Of a DNA stretch of 41,528 bases, positions 15,001 through 23,467 are shown in pieces (position 1 is the stretch's first letter; every line of letters starts with the position of its first letter). Under the pieces are notes generated by a model, which saw only the letters and a list, made by a program, of their open reading frames with translations, was not told where the DNA came from and did not search any database. This DNA comes from a virus. Location: IMG/VR virus record IMGVR_UViG_3300042945_000290. The stretch is one strand, 5' to 3'. The position numbers and the translations under genes were made by a program.

Positions 15001-17048
15001 CAAGTAAAGAAGTTAGAGATATTATTTTAGAGCGTCCAATTTCAACTGATGAAATAACCGCATTGATGAAGAACCGTCCTGATCTTGCTGAAACAATTGA
15101 AGGACCAAACATCAATCTATCTGACCTTAATAAGGTAGATCGTATTGGTGCTCGAGTAGGCGGTACTACCGATGCTGCTTGGAAGATTCTAGCGGATGCT
15201 GAAACCAAAATGGTTCGTGCTCCATTGTTTAAGAAATACTGGAGTGAAGAACTTAGAACATTAATTACTAATGCTCGTAGAACTGGTGCGGATCCATCAG
15301 ATTATTTTATCAATAATCAACTTAACGATATTGCTAGACGTAAAGCTTTGGCTAGAGTAGAGCAGACACTTTACTCATCTCGCCGTCTTACAAATGGTAT
15401 GTATGCTGCTCGTTATGCAATGAGCTTTCCAGTAGCATTCTTTAACTCACAGGCTGTGGCTCTTCGCTTATTAGCGAAGAACCCTATGAATGCTTATTGG
15501 TATAGCAGTATTACCCAAGCATTAGATGAGTTTGAATCATATGAGGATAAAGAAGGAAACACTTACAAATCTATTAAAGATGTTCCAACTGGAACACCAG
15601 TAACAGTTAAGTTCCCTATTTATAACAAGACACCAGATCAGATAAAATCCATATTGCGACCATTTGTTGATGAACGTGGCGGTGGGCTAAGAGTAAATCC
15701 TAAGCAATTAGAGTTTATGATTGGCGATCCAAGCGTATCTTGGATTGGAAGTGGAACACTTTCCAGTCTAATCAATAATGGTTTTGGTCTTGGAACACCG
15801 TTTAATATTTACGGTGAAGAGATCGACAAGGGTCTACGTAAATTATTTGGTGATGACTTCTACGAGAACAGCGTTCTTTATGGAGGATATCCATCAGAGG
15901 GCAATACACTATTCCATACTTATGCATCAACAATGATGCCAGGATACATGCAATCATTGTTAAAGGTAATTGGTGTTGATAGAGGCGAACGTTGGTTTGA
16001 TGGCGTTGCAGTAAGTTACAAGGCTGCAGTTGCTGAATGGGTTAGAAATGGTGAAGTTGGCGAACCGCCAACCTTTGACCAAGCAGCAAAGAATGAAGGA
16101 TGGATGAACTTCCTCCGTGCTTCAGTTCAATTCTTTTCTCCTATATCAATTACATTTGATCCTGTAACTAGATCAGCAATTGATTATTATGCTAAATTGG
16201 TTGAAGCCAACAAGGGTGATTACGATGCTGCAGATGCTCAGTTTAAAAAAGACTGGGGATATGATGGCTTTGTTTTACTAGGTTCAACAAGAAAGAATGT
16301 TGCTGGTCTTTCATCATCTTACGATGATGTAAAGATTCTTAGAGACAACCCAGATCTTCTAACAAAGATTGCACGTACAAACATGAAGTACGCTGGAATG
16401 CTTTCAACTGGATATGGAAAAGAATTAACCAGTGAGTACTCCTCTGTAGTTGCATCTATCTATAAATATCTAGATTATCCTGGTAAGTCTAAAACGCCTA
16501 TCAGTAGGCAAAAGACTGAAGATGAAGTTCAAAAAGAGGTTGAATCAAACCTTGGTTGGATTGAGTTTAGTAGATTAGAAGAGTTAAGAAACTCACGAAT
16601 GTATGAATTTGGAGTAGGTTCTACCTACGACCCACGATATGAATTAAGTGGAATCCAAGATGATTACAAAGCCAGAGTTGAAGAACTTTCTGTTAAATAC
16701 CCAGGCTGGGCAGATACCCGCAGAGATAACCAAAGAGAGTTTTGGACAGAACTTTTTCCTGTAGTTAAGGTCATTGCAAGTGACATGAACTGGAGAAAGC
16801 AAGCCGACACGGAATCAAATAAATGGGCTGACATTGCTTTGTGGATAGAACAAGCTGAAGCATTTCATAAAAAATATGAAGCTGCTGGAGCAACCGATGC
16901 TATGAGATATGACATGAGAGCATCTTTTTCACAATTCCATTTTGATTTCTTACAAAATGCATCTGATGAGTTTAGTGTATTTGCTACAAGATACTTAAAC
17001 AGTATGCCTGAATTAAATCCAGATCTAGTAATGAGGAGACCTAAATAG
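12090..17048 (+). CDS. Giant virion-module protein (1652 aa), function unknown (candidate internal/ejection protein)
   Basis: A single uninterrupted ORF with a central coiled-coil-like stretch (KFEQAQKEFEKALAVQKKAEAALAKASKANKAK). I recognised no catalytic motif. Confidence 0.85.
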   Translation: MSKWSGWGDTFANEPEIDTPSPVKKFVKEQATEVVDKTKAGKIEAKAGEVLTNVIQKGQEGNIFTRNLTNVALSAMNLASKVIVPITQGASTLALTPQAVARGKGLNSFAYAKEKSKEISMGQAVAAPIGQGIGKFIPGDIGPSFTDEGFDVFNDQQRNKAFKDEWIGIFASGSTDLALATLGTKGARNITSGAKNAVVGPTTVRNGDLTAFRDNLKVTTDWAARADGTPPPNGLAVLVDDAVKETNLTKLAANPLVTETNNPVRTATILSRLNNHDDVADYLLAERGDAAAFTRFMQRQPLEADHIDNFGIKDYAPLSDWDQIKDEHLTPDLTNRYKRIIEAKKAKDKTFASALDDFASMVGEGERVDFVPGKFAKYEQLQLAKNKVKLQAKYGDLKLFGEDGGQGWRSKLYQSNQYERGVRVIAYVGSGRPQGHINISNPRRFEAASDLLSDLNRLQFLRGTEGTQFKRKQVERFLAAQTDTQRAIALAKIEESVFIELGRKYGVNELLDVANPNLAKENAAIIEQISKWVSGKTGRRQTLKKYAVDNGMIPDEQGTINITNNFTSISNEAQTLPMLDFRKLETEIILHVNRELKEGPITPGQVKSARLTQTGMALSQLFDVANMVFSNLNLLRIAYIPKNSIVDPLARASMATESLELFRNAIPAVKNALYNNSVRLTNLSKFVPNMPGNKAYKAEQHALEQIRQISRDKEFPKYIKAWDESKVKFEQAQKEFEKALAVQKKAEAALAKASKANKAKATDAKHAADDLAIEAEENFLSIQTELNRNAHIVQGISSLIEKQRAKVAPGIIARGDKKQQKRLGQVAEQWEIDGKTYTIKGLLDPNQRGSQAYMTEIDTLENFYATGMRSEINNRLRAEGRRFVSIDRADSEAYFNALAHIANRQIRNELELPLGMIMRGDKDGDVLNWIYQSGNAGREWRRRMADRGYTTKDEYITWISETKDKLLTMYPSKEVRDIILERPISTDEITALMKNRPDLAETIEGPNINLSDLNKVDRIGARVGGTTDAAWKILADAETKMVRAPLFKKYWSEELRTLITNARRTGADPSDYFINNQLNDIARRKALARVEQTLYSSRRLTNGMYAARYAMSFPVAFFNSQAVALRLLAKNPMNAYWYSSITQALDEFESYEDKEGNTYKSIKDVPTGTPVTVKFPIYNKTPDQIKSILRPFVDERGGGLRVNPKQLEFMIGDPSVSWIGSGTLSSLINNGFGLGTPFNIYGEEIDKGLRKLFGDDFYENSVLYGGYPSEGNTLFHTYASTMMPGYMQSLLKVIGVDRGERWFDGVAVSYKAAVAEWVRNGEVGEPPTFDQAAKNEGWMNFLRASVQFFSPISITFDPVTRSAIDYYAKLVEANKGDYDAADAQFKKDWGYDGFVLLGSTRKNVAGLSSSYDDVKILRDNPDLLTKIARTNMKYAGMLSTGYGKELTSEYSSVVASIYKYLDYPGKSKTPISRQKTEDEVQKEVESNLGWIEFSRLEELRNSRMYEFGVGSTYDPRYELSGIQDDYKARVEELSVKYPGWADTRRDNQREFWTELFPVVKVIASDMNWRKQADTESNKWADIALWIEQAEAFHKKYEAAGATDAMRYDMRASFSQFHFDFLQNASDEFSVFATRYLNSMPELNPDLVMRRPK

Positions 17049-17794
17049 TGGCTGACGAAACAGGCGTTGAATATAATGTAAATAAAATTTACATTGAAGG
17101 TTTTACTAATAAACCTGGTGGTCGTGGTGCTTCAGTAGCCGAAGCCAAGAATTTTTTTAAAAACCTACGTGAAACAAACTCAGGTGCATACGATGCATTA
17201 AAAAGGGCAGCAGCTGCAAGAGGTTTACCAACCGACCATAAGTCTTTAACAAAGATTATGGACGCTGCCGTTGATTGGACACAAACAATCAACAACCCAT
17301 TAAGAAGTCAAGCAATGGGTATTGACCCAGGCGCATATTTAGATTACATAAAACCTGGATCTATAGACTTTGGCGCACCTAAAGGACCTAAGTATGGAAC
17401 GTCTAAACAGATTACTGAGCAGACAACCCAATACAGCCCATCTTCTGGTGCTCAAACAATCAGTGACACCATGGAGCAAGAACTTGGTCGCACCGCTTCC
17501 GCTGCTGAAATAGCAGCAGGAACAACAGGATTAAACGCTGCAGCACTAAAAGAACCTTCTAGATATGAAGGAACTACAACCACCTCTCCTGGTGGTAAGG
17601 GTATTGCTCTTGGTCAAACTGTTACTAAGGGAACTCAAACAACTGGATTTGATCCAACCATGTTTGCTCGTAACTTTGCTCGCAGCCAACCAGACTTTGC
17701 GGAATCATTTGCTGCTAAAAACTTTTTAAAACTAGTAAGCGGTTTATTAACAGACCCGAATGCTATTGGAGCGGTGGTGGGCGATGGCAGATAA
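17048..17794 (+). CDS. hypothetical virion-module protein (248 aa)
   Basis: GTG start overlapping the upstream TAG by 1 nt. Confidence 0.75.
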   Translation: MADETGVEYNVNKIYIEGFTNKPGGRGASVAEAKNFFKNLRETNSGAYDALKRAAAARGLPTDHKSLTKIMDAAVDWTQTINNPLRSQAMGIDPGAYLDYIKPGSIDFGAPKGPKYGTSKQITEQTTQYSPSSGAQTISDTMEQELGRTASAAEIAAGTTGLNAAALKEPSRYEGTTTTSPGGKGIALGQTVTKGTQTTGFDPTMFARNFARSQPDFAESFAAKNFLKLVSGLLTDPNAIGAVVGDGR

Positions 17795-19037
17795 ATATAC
17801 GGTTAAGTCTGGAGATACGCTTTCCAAGATTGCTGCTGCAAATAAAACAACTGTTGCTAAAATTATTGCTGCCAACCCAGCGTTGACAACAAATCCTAAA
17901 TACAATGGTGGTAACACCATATTTTCTGGAACTAAACTTACCCTTCCTACAACAGTAAAAGATACCAAACCAGTAGTTAATACACCAGGTATTCCACCAG
18001 TAACTAGTGGAACAACAACCAGTTATTCTCCTGGCACCAGCACGGTTGTAGATACTGGCATCTCTTCTACAGGTGCTACCCAAATGGATACTTTATCCAT
18101 GGCAACTTTGCAAGCAAAGTTTGGTATTGCTGCTGCGGTTATTGGATCGGATCAAAGTTTAAAAGATGCCTTGAATAAAATTCTTGGTCTTGATGGTAGC
18201 GGTACCATGATTACCGATCCATCTTTACAGCAACAAATAATTATGGGAACCACATGGTATAAAAACCAGACAGACACCCAACGCAAATACACATACTTTA
18301 AAGAAACAAACCCTGGTCAGTATGCTGCAGATCTACAATTAAATGCAAGCAATATTGTTAAACAGTTTTATGGCAACGGAATAACTATCAGCTCTGCTGA
18401 TGCTATTAAATATGCAGACCAAATGATGCAGCAAGCCATTATTAAAGACGGCAAGGTTATGAGATATGACCAAGACTTCTTGAACAAACTAATGGCTGAC
18501 GCCATTAAGTTTGAAAAAACTAACTCTATTGACGGAAAGGTCATATATGACCTTGATGGAAAATTAGAAACAATGGCTGATGCTTTATACCAAAGGGCTT
18601 ATGACTACGGATATCCAGCCACAACATCAAACGCTGGCTTTACAAAATGGTTTGAAGCTACTGTAAAAGGTTTGGTTGCTGGAACATTGAATCCAGAAGA
18701 TATTGATGACGAGCTAAAGTCTAGAGCAATGTCTTTATTTCCTGGTTTGAAAGATCCAATCATGCGTGGTCAAACATTAAGAGATGCAGCGGATCCATAC
18801 CTAAGTGCAATTGCACAAACATGGGAAGTAGATCCAGATACATTAGATCTTAATAACGACACAGTACAACAGGTTCTTAACTATACAGATGAAAAGGGAA
18901 ACATTGTGCCAATGAATCTTTATGGGGCAAAGAAGACCGCTCGTAGACATTCAAACTTTGATTTCACCGAAACAGCTAAAGAAGAAAAGACAAAGATTGC
19001 ATCGACAATCCTTAAAGATCATGGGTTTCTAGCATGA
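17784..19037 (+). CDS. LysM-domain virion-module protein (417 aa)
   Basis: I chose the ATG at 17784. N-terminal YTVKSGDTLSKIAAANKTTVAKIIAANPALTTNPKYNGGNTIFSGTKLTLP is a LysM domain, followed by a Thr/Ser/Pro-rich linker. Confidence 0.85.
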   Translation: MADKYTVKSGDTLSKIAAANKTTVAKIIAANPALTTNPKYNGGNTIFSGTKLTLPTTVKDTKPVVNTPGIPPVTSGTTTSYSPGTSTVVDTGISSTGATQMDTLSMATLQAKFGIAAAVIGSDQSLKDALNKILGLDGSGTMITDPSLQQQIIMGTTWYKNQTDTQRKYTYFKETNPGQYAADLQLNASNIVKQFYGNGITISSADAIKYADQMMQQAIIKDGKVMRYDQDFLNKLMADAIKFEKTNSIDGKVIYDLDGKLETMADALYQRAYDYGYPATTSNAGFTKWFEATVKGLVAGTLNPEDIDDELKSRAMSLFPGLKDPIMRGQTLRDAADPYLSAIAQTWEVDPDTLDLNNDTVQQVLNYTDEKGNIVPMNLYGAKKTARRHSNFDFTETAKEEKTKIASTILKDHGFLA

Positions 19038-20593
19038 GCGCACAAGACGCAGCAAACTGGGCAAGAACTGTTGGTGCATTTCAAGAAGTATATAAAGCAG
19101 CAACTACTCCTGCACCTGTAGTTCCAAAGCCAGAGGTAAGTTATCGTGTTCAACCTGGTGATACATTAAGCCAGATTGCTAAAAACAATAACACAACTGT
19201 AAAAGAATTGCTTAAAATAAATCCAGCATTAACTAATAATCCTAAGTATGATGGTGGAAGAACTATCTTTTCTAATACAAAGATTGTTTTAGAACCAGCG
19301 GTTAAAGCACCAAAAGTACAAACTACCCCAACTGCACCAACTACCCCAACGACTCCTACAGATCCAACAACCCCTACGGATCCAACAACTCCTACTACAC
19401 CAACGACCCCAACGACCCCAACGACCCCAACAACTCCTACTACACCTACAACACCAACTACACCTACAACTCCTAGTAGTACTGAGTTTGTTAATCCAAC
19501 ATCAGCAGCAACTAATTCAATCAATGATCAACTTGCTGCATTAACAGCACAGATTGCAGCCATGCAAGCTGCAGCAGCTAAACCTGCTGCACCTACTGTT
19601 GCTGGTCAAAAGACTGTTCGTAAAACTGGTGGAGTAGTCGAAGTTTATCAAGTAATGTCTGATGGAACTCTTGGTGCAAAACTAGAAGAGTATAAAGATT
19701 TTGGTGCTCGTGATTCAGTAATGAAAATGTTTGAAAATACTGGATTAGGTCAGGCATACATTGATTCTCTTATGCAATCAATTGATAAAGTTTACGAAGA
19801 AAACATTATGCCAACCGATGCCCAGGTTCTTAATAGTATTTATAATAGCCAGGCTTACAAGACTCGTTTTGCTGCCAATGAGGCAATTAAAAAGCGTATG
19901 GCAGATGGTAAAGGTCGTCCTGGAGACAGACTGCTAACACCATATGAGTACATTCAAACCGAAAAGGCATATGAGGAAATCCTTAGAGAAGCAGGTCTTC
20001 CTACTGGTTTCTATGACCAGCAAGAAGATTTTACTAATTTCATTGCTTTGGGTGTAAGCACGGCAGAGTTAACAGATCGTGTAAACATAGCAAGGAATGC
20101 TTTAAATAATGCTGATCAAGGAATCAAAACAGCACTTAAAGATTTCTATGGTTTAACAGATCAAGATTTAACAGCCTATCTTCTTGATAAAGATAGAGCA
20201 ATTAATGTTATTGATTCTAGATTTAAGTACACAACCGAAGAAGCCAAGAAGATGTATACATCTGCAGAGATTGGTGGAGCAGCACTACGTGCTGGTCAAA
20301 TGTCTGATAAAGCTTTTGCGGAAGAAATTTATGGTGCTGGTAAAGCAGGTCAAGCAGAGTCTGCATTCCAGACCGCTGCTGCTCAGCAAAAAGATTACCA
20401 ACGCTTAATGAGTTTGTATGGAGAAACTGCTGGATCACAAGATGTTGCTCGTGAAGAGTTAGCACTTGCTGGTGGAACAGAAGTAACCATGAAGAAGAAG
20501 AGACTTGCCTCTCAAGAAAGAGCCAAGTTCCAACAAAGATCTGCAATTGACACGTCGTCTCTTGGACGCCGTGATAAAACAACAAATATATAA
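19034..20593 (+). CDS. LysM-domain virion-module protein with Pro-Thr repeat linker (519 aa)
   Basis: YRVQPGDTLSQIAKNNNTTVKELLKINPALTNNPKYDGGRTIFSNTKIVLEP is a LysM domain. It is followed by a (TTP/TDP)n tract. Confidence 0.85.
   Translation: MSAQDAANWARTVGAFQEVYKAATTPAPVVPKPEVSYRVQPGDTLSQIAKNNNTTVKELLKINPALTNNPKYDGGRTIFSNTKIVLEPAVKAPKVQTTPTAPTTPTTPTDPTTPTDPTTPTTPTTPTTPTTPTTPTTPTTPTTPTTPSSTEFVNPTSAATNSINDQLAALTAQIAAMQAAAAKPAAPTVAGQKTVRKTGGVVEVYQVMSDGTLGAKLEEYKDFGARDSVMKMFENTGLGQAYIDSLMQSIDKVYEENIMPTDAQVLNSIYNSQAYKTRFAANEAIKKRMADGKGRPGDRLLTPYEYIQTEKAYEEILREAGLPTGFYDQQEDFTNFIALGVSTAELTDRVNIARNALNNADQGIKTALKDFYGLTDQDLTAYLLDKDRAINVIDSRFKYTTEEAKKMYTSAEIGGAALRAGQMSDKAFAEEIYGAGKAGQAESAFQTAAAQQKDYQRLMSLYGETAGSQDVAREELALAGGTEVTMKKKRLASQERAKFQQRSAIDTSSLGRRDKTTNI
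19321..19476 (+). repeat. In-frame tandem 9-nt (Pro-Thr-Thr) repeat tract
   Basis: Iterated ccaacgacc/cctactaca units encode TTPTAPTTPTTPTDPTTPTDPTTPTTPTTPTTPTTPTTPTTPTTPTTP. Confidence 0.9.
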
Positions 20594-20734
20594 ATAGGTT
20601 CCGTTCCTGATCGACCAGCCCAGGTAACGTGTATAAGTCTGGTAGTCATCACGTCTATGAATCACTTCCCCTGGTGAGGAGTACGTGTGGTGCAAACCCG
20701 ATGAGGGTTCAATCAACTAATAGGGAGAAACGCA

Positions 20735-21193
20735 ATGGCAGAATATACAGAGTACGACTTCGAAGACGATACCGAGGACTTTGGTACTGATCTAGTGAAG
20801 AAACTACGCAAGCAAGTTGATGTGCTTTCCAAGCAACTTAAGGAAAGAGATCAAGTTATTGAGGAGTTTCAGACTTACAGTCACGAAGCTTCAGTCGGAG
20901 AAATCCTAGAGCAATTCGGACTCAATCCAAAAATCGCTCAGTTCATTCCATCGGAAATTGAAGCCGATGAGGATGCAATATCTGAATGGTTAACAGAATA
21001 CGGCGAAGCTTTTGGCATCACTGCTGTTGACGAGTCAGAGGCTGGTTATGAACCAGACGCTGATGCTCAATCTTTTGAGCAAATATCAGACTTTGAAGAT
21101 GGCGATGTCGATCCAAATGTGGGTCGAGATATCTCTTCTTTGATTGCTAACGCAACAAGTGCAGAAGAGTTAACCAACTTCTTGAAACGCTGA
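20735..21193 (+). CDS. Scaffolding protein (putative, acidic, 152 aa)
   Basis: Very acidic, with a coiled-coil-like N-terminal half, and located directly upstream of the capsid gene. GGGAG RBS. Confidence 0.6.
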   Translation: MAEYTEYDFEDDTEDFGTDLVKKLRKQVDVLSKQLKERDQVIEEFQTYSHEASVGEILEQFGLNPKIAQFIPSEIEADEDAISEWLTEYGEAFGITAVDESEAGYEPDADAQSFEQISDFEDGDVDPNVGRDISSLIANATSAEELTNFLKR

Positions 21194-21225
21194 TAGTCCA
21201 CATTAAACCCTAATAGAAGGAAATT

Positions 21226-22200
21226 ATGCCTACTACACCAGCAACGTCAACTACGACATCAACGATGTCGAATTTGATCCAGACGGCGTATGATAAGTAT
21301 ATCGAGTTTAACCTTCGCTCAGAACCAATGTTCCGCAAGTTTGCGGACAAGCGTCCTGTCGATGTGACAAACCCTGGTAATACTGTTGTATTCCAAGTTT
21401 ACACAGATCTATCTCGTGCTACATCAGCACTAACCCAGACTGAAGATCCAGATGCAGTACAGTTGAACAACACTAACAGAGTAAATGTTACTGTTGATGA
21501 ATACGGTAACTCCGTAATTACAACTGAGCGTCTTGCTCTTGAGTCTCTATCTGCAATCGATCCAGCTGTTGCCGACATGTTGTCTTTCAACATGCGTGAT
21601 TCTCTTGACAACTTAGTTTGGAGAAAACTAACAGGTCTAGCAACTGGTCGTTTCACAGGAACATCTTCAGCCAACGAGTCAACACTTAATGGACAAGATG
21701 TATCTTCATCCACAACAGCAGCAAACATCACAGCAGCACTTGCTCGCCGTGGTGTAGCAAAGCTACGTGGTGCATCAGTATCACCTCGTGATGGTGGCTT
21801 TTACACAGCGTTAATTCACCCAGATGTATCTTTTGACCTTCGTTCAGAAGCACAATCAAGTGGATCTGCTGTATGGCAATTGCCTCATACCTATACAGAA
21901 GCAGGCGTAGGAAATCTATGGACTGGTGAGATCGGAATTTACGATCAGATCCGCTACATCGAAACTCCTCGTGCTGAGTCTCTATCTGGTTCAGGTGCTA
22001 ACAAGGTCTACAACACAGTTATCCTAGGAAAGCAGGCTCTTCTTGAGGCTGTATCTTACGAGCCAAAGACTGTTATCGGTCCTGTTACAGATAAGTTAAT
22101 GCGTTTCCGTCCAGCAGGATGGAAGGCTCTGATTGGTTGGAACATCTTCCGCCCAGAGGCACGTTACGTAATTACAACCAAGTCAAGCATCGCTGCTTAG
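21226..22200 (+). CDS. Major capsid protein (HK97-fold type, 324 aa) with Thr/Ser/Pro-rich N-terminus
   Basis: It follows the scaffold gene. Size and sequence character (AYDKYIEFNLRSEPMFRKFA..., TVDEYGNSVITTERL) are typical of major capsid proteins. AAGGA RBS, with a strong hairpin downstream. Confidence 0.75.
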   Translation: MPTTPATSTTTSTMSNLIQTAYDKYIEFNLRSEPMFRKFADKRPVDVTNPGNTVVFQVYTDLSRATSALTQTEDPDAVQLNNTNRVNVTVDEYGNSVITTERLALESLSAIDPAVADMLSFNMRDSLDNLVWRKLTGLATGRFTGTSSANESTLNGQDVSSSTTAANITAALARRGVAKLRGASVSPRDGGFYTALIHPDVSFDLRSEAQSSGSAVWQLPHTYTEAGVGNLWTGEIGIYDQIRYIETPRAESLSGSGANKVYNTVILGKQALLEAVSYEPKTVIGPVTDKLMRFRPAGWKALIGWNIFRPEARYVITTKSSIAA

Positions 22201-22208
22201 TTTGGTGG

Positions 22209-22238
22209 GGAGGGGCTGGCAACAGCCCCTCCTATTTA
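22209..22238 (+). terminator. Hairpin/terminator after the capsid gene
   Basis: GGAGGGGCTG-gcaa-CAGCCCCTCC (10 bp) followed by TATTTA. The U-tract is weak, so it is probably leaky. Confidence 0.6.
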
Positions 22239-22265
22239 AAATACTAATAGAAAAGAGAATAGATA

Positions 22266-22412
22266 ATGCCAAATGTAGGCGGAATGAAATTTAGTTATGG
22301 ACCAGCAGGAATGGCTGCAGCAAAAAAAGTAGCTAAGAAAACTGGTAAGAAGATGGTGGTAAAACCTGCTATGAAAAAAGCAATGGTTAAGAAAATGGGC
22401 AAGAAGAAGTAA
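22266..22412 (+). CDS. Lys-rich basic micro-protein (48 aa, not in ORF track)
   Basis: Product: MPNVGGMKFSYGPAGMAAAKKVAKKTGKKMVVKPAMKKAMVKKMGKKK. TAATG coupling to the next ORF. Confidence 0.5.
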   Translation: MPNVGGMKFSYGPAGMAAAKKVAKKTGKKMVVKPAMKKAMVKKMGKKK

Positions 22413-22567
22413 TGAAAAAGAAAGTTTGGAATACGCCTAACCCAAAGAAGATTTCAAAACCCTTAACGTCATCTCAGAAAACTGCAGCAAAGGCTGCAGC
22501 TAAAGCTGCGGGTCGCAAGTATCCAAACCTTGTTGACAATATGAGGGCAGCAAAGAAGAAAAAGTAA
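22412..22567 (+). CDS. Lys-rich basic micro-protein (51 aa, not in ORF track)
   Basis: Product: MKKKVWNTPNPKKISKPLTSSQKTAAKAAAKAAGRKYPNLVDNMRAAKKKK. TAATG overlaps at both ends. Confidence 0.5.
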   Translation: MKKKVWNTPNPKKISKPLTSSQKTAAKAAAKAAGRKYPNLVDNMRAAKKKK

Positions 22568-22719
22568 TGTCTAAGGGAACATCAAAGACTAAACATCCGT
22601 TTAATCCAATACAAATTAAAAGTGGAATGGTAGTTCGTCTCCGTAAAGATGGACGAGTCCAAACCATACTCGGCAAAGTTGGAGAGTATAAAAAGAATGG
22701 CGACAGACCCAAGGCTTAA
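22567..22719 (+). CDS. basic micro-protein (50 aa, not in ORF track)
   Basis: Product: MSKGTSKTKHPFNPIQIKSGMVVRLRKDGRVQTILGKVGEYKKNGDRPKA. TAATG coupling to the upstream ORF. Confidence 0.45.
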   Translation: MSKGTSKTKHPFNPIQIKSGMVVRLRKDGRVQTILGKVGEYKKNGDRPKA

Positions 22720-22978
22720 AAGAGCAGGTGTATCTGGCTTTAACAAGCCAAAGCGTACACCTACCCATCCAAAGAAATCACATGTTGTTGTAGCCAAGTC
22801 TGGCTCACAAGTTAAAACCATTAGGTTCGGACAACAAGGTGTATCTGGATCCCCGAAGAAGTCTGGTGAGACCAAGTCTTATCGTCAGCGCAGGCAATCA
22901 TTTAAAGCACGTCATGCCAAGAACATAAACAAAGGTGTTATGTCGGCAGCATATTGGGCAGATAAGGTGAAATGGTAA
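22697..22978 (+). CDS. basic hypothetical protein (93 aa)
   Basis: I chose the internal ATG at 22697 with a GGAGAG RBS. Product: MATDPRLKRAGVSGFNKPKRTPTHPKKSHVVV...RRQSFKARHAKNINKGVMSAAYWADKVKW. Confidence 0.65.
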   Translation: MATDPRLKRAGVSGFNKPKRTPTHPKKSHVVVAKSGSQVKTIRFGQQGVSGSPKKSGETKSYRQRRQSFKARHAKNINKGVMSAAYWADKVKW

Positions 22979-23232
22979 TGTCAAAGATATTCCGTGGACC
23001 TACATATCGATACAAGATTGGTCGCCCTTATGAACTTTGGTTTGTTTCTTACCCAGTAGGTAAGACTGTAATAAAAAACAATGGAACATGGCAAACAGTA
23101 ATGGTTCCAAAAGATAGTGATTTAGCTACATACCAACGTGTATTACGTGGCGGGTATGACAATGTTATTACGGACGCTGAGGCTGCTGAGTTAACAGCAG
23201 CAGGTTATGGAGATTATATCTACGATGAGTAA
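22978..23232 (+). CDS. hypothetical protein (84 aa)
   Basis: TAATG overlap, with an AAGGTGA RBS 7 nt upstream of the ATG at 22978. Confidence 0.7.
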   Translation: MSKIFRGPTYRYKIGRPYELWFVSYPVGKTVIKNNGTWQTVMVPKDSDLATYQRVLRGGYDNVITDAEAAELTAAGYGDYIYDE

Positions 23233-23467
23233 CTGTAGATCTGGTTGTAAGACACAAGACCATGCTAACTGGGGTGAATGTGCAAGAGCAGCAAATTTTA
23301 GTATTACAGATCCATTAGCTAATGCCGTATCTAAGCAAGCCAACTCGGAATTAGACGCATATAGAAATGCAAGAAAACAAGGTATTCAACCAAGGTCTAC
23401 CAAAATGCATGACATCAAGGCTGCTGTCATGGCATCCGATACACTAGGAAAGGCGGTTCAAGCATAA
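23225..23467 (+). CDS. hypothetical protein (80 aa)
   Basis: I chose the internal ATG at 23225, which overlaps the upstream gene end by 8 nt. Confidence 0.65.
   Translation: MSNCRSGCKTQDHANWGECARAANFSITDPLANAVSKQANSELDAYRNARKQGIQPRSTKMHDIKAAVMASDTLGKAVQA

Noticed and set aside
19150-19524. The 124-aa minus-strand ORF (VGVVGVVG...) and the idea that the 9-nt repeats could be a CRISPR-like array
   Set aside because: The repeats are contiguous, in frame, have no spacers, and encode a Pro-Thr linker. The antisense ORF is a by-product.
20690-20720. A tRNA-like GGTTCAATC (T-loop-like) sequence in the 141-nt gap before the scaffold gene
   Set aside because: No complementary T-stem, acceptor stem or anticodon arm can be drawn around it.
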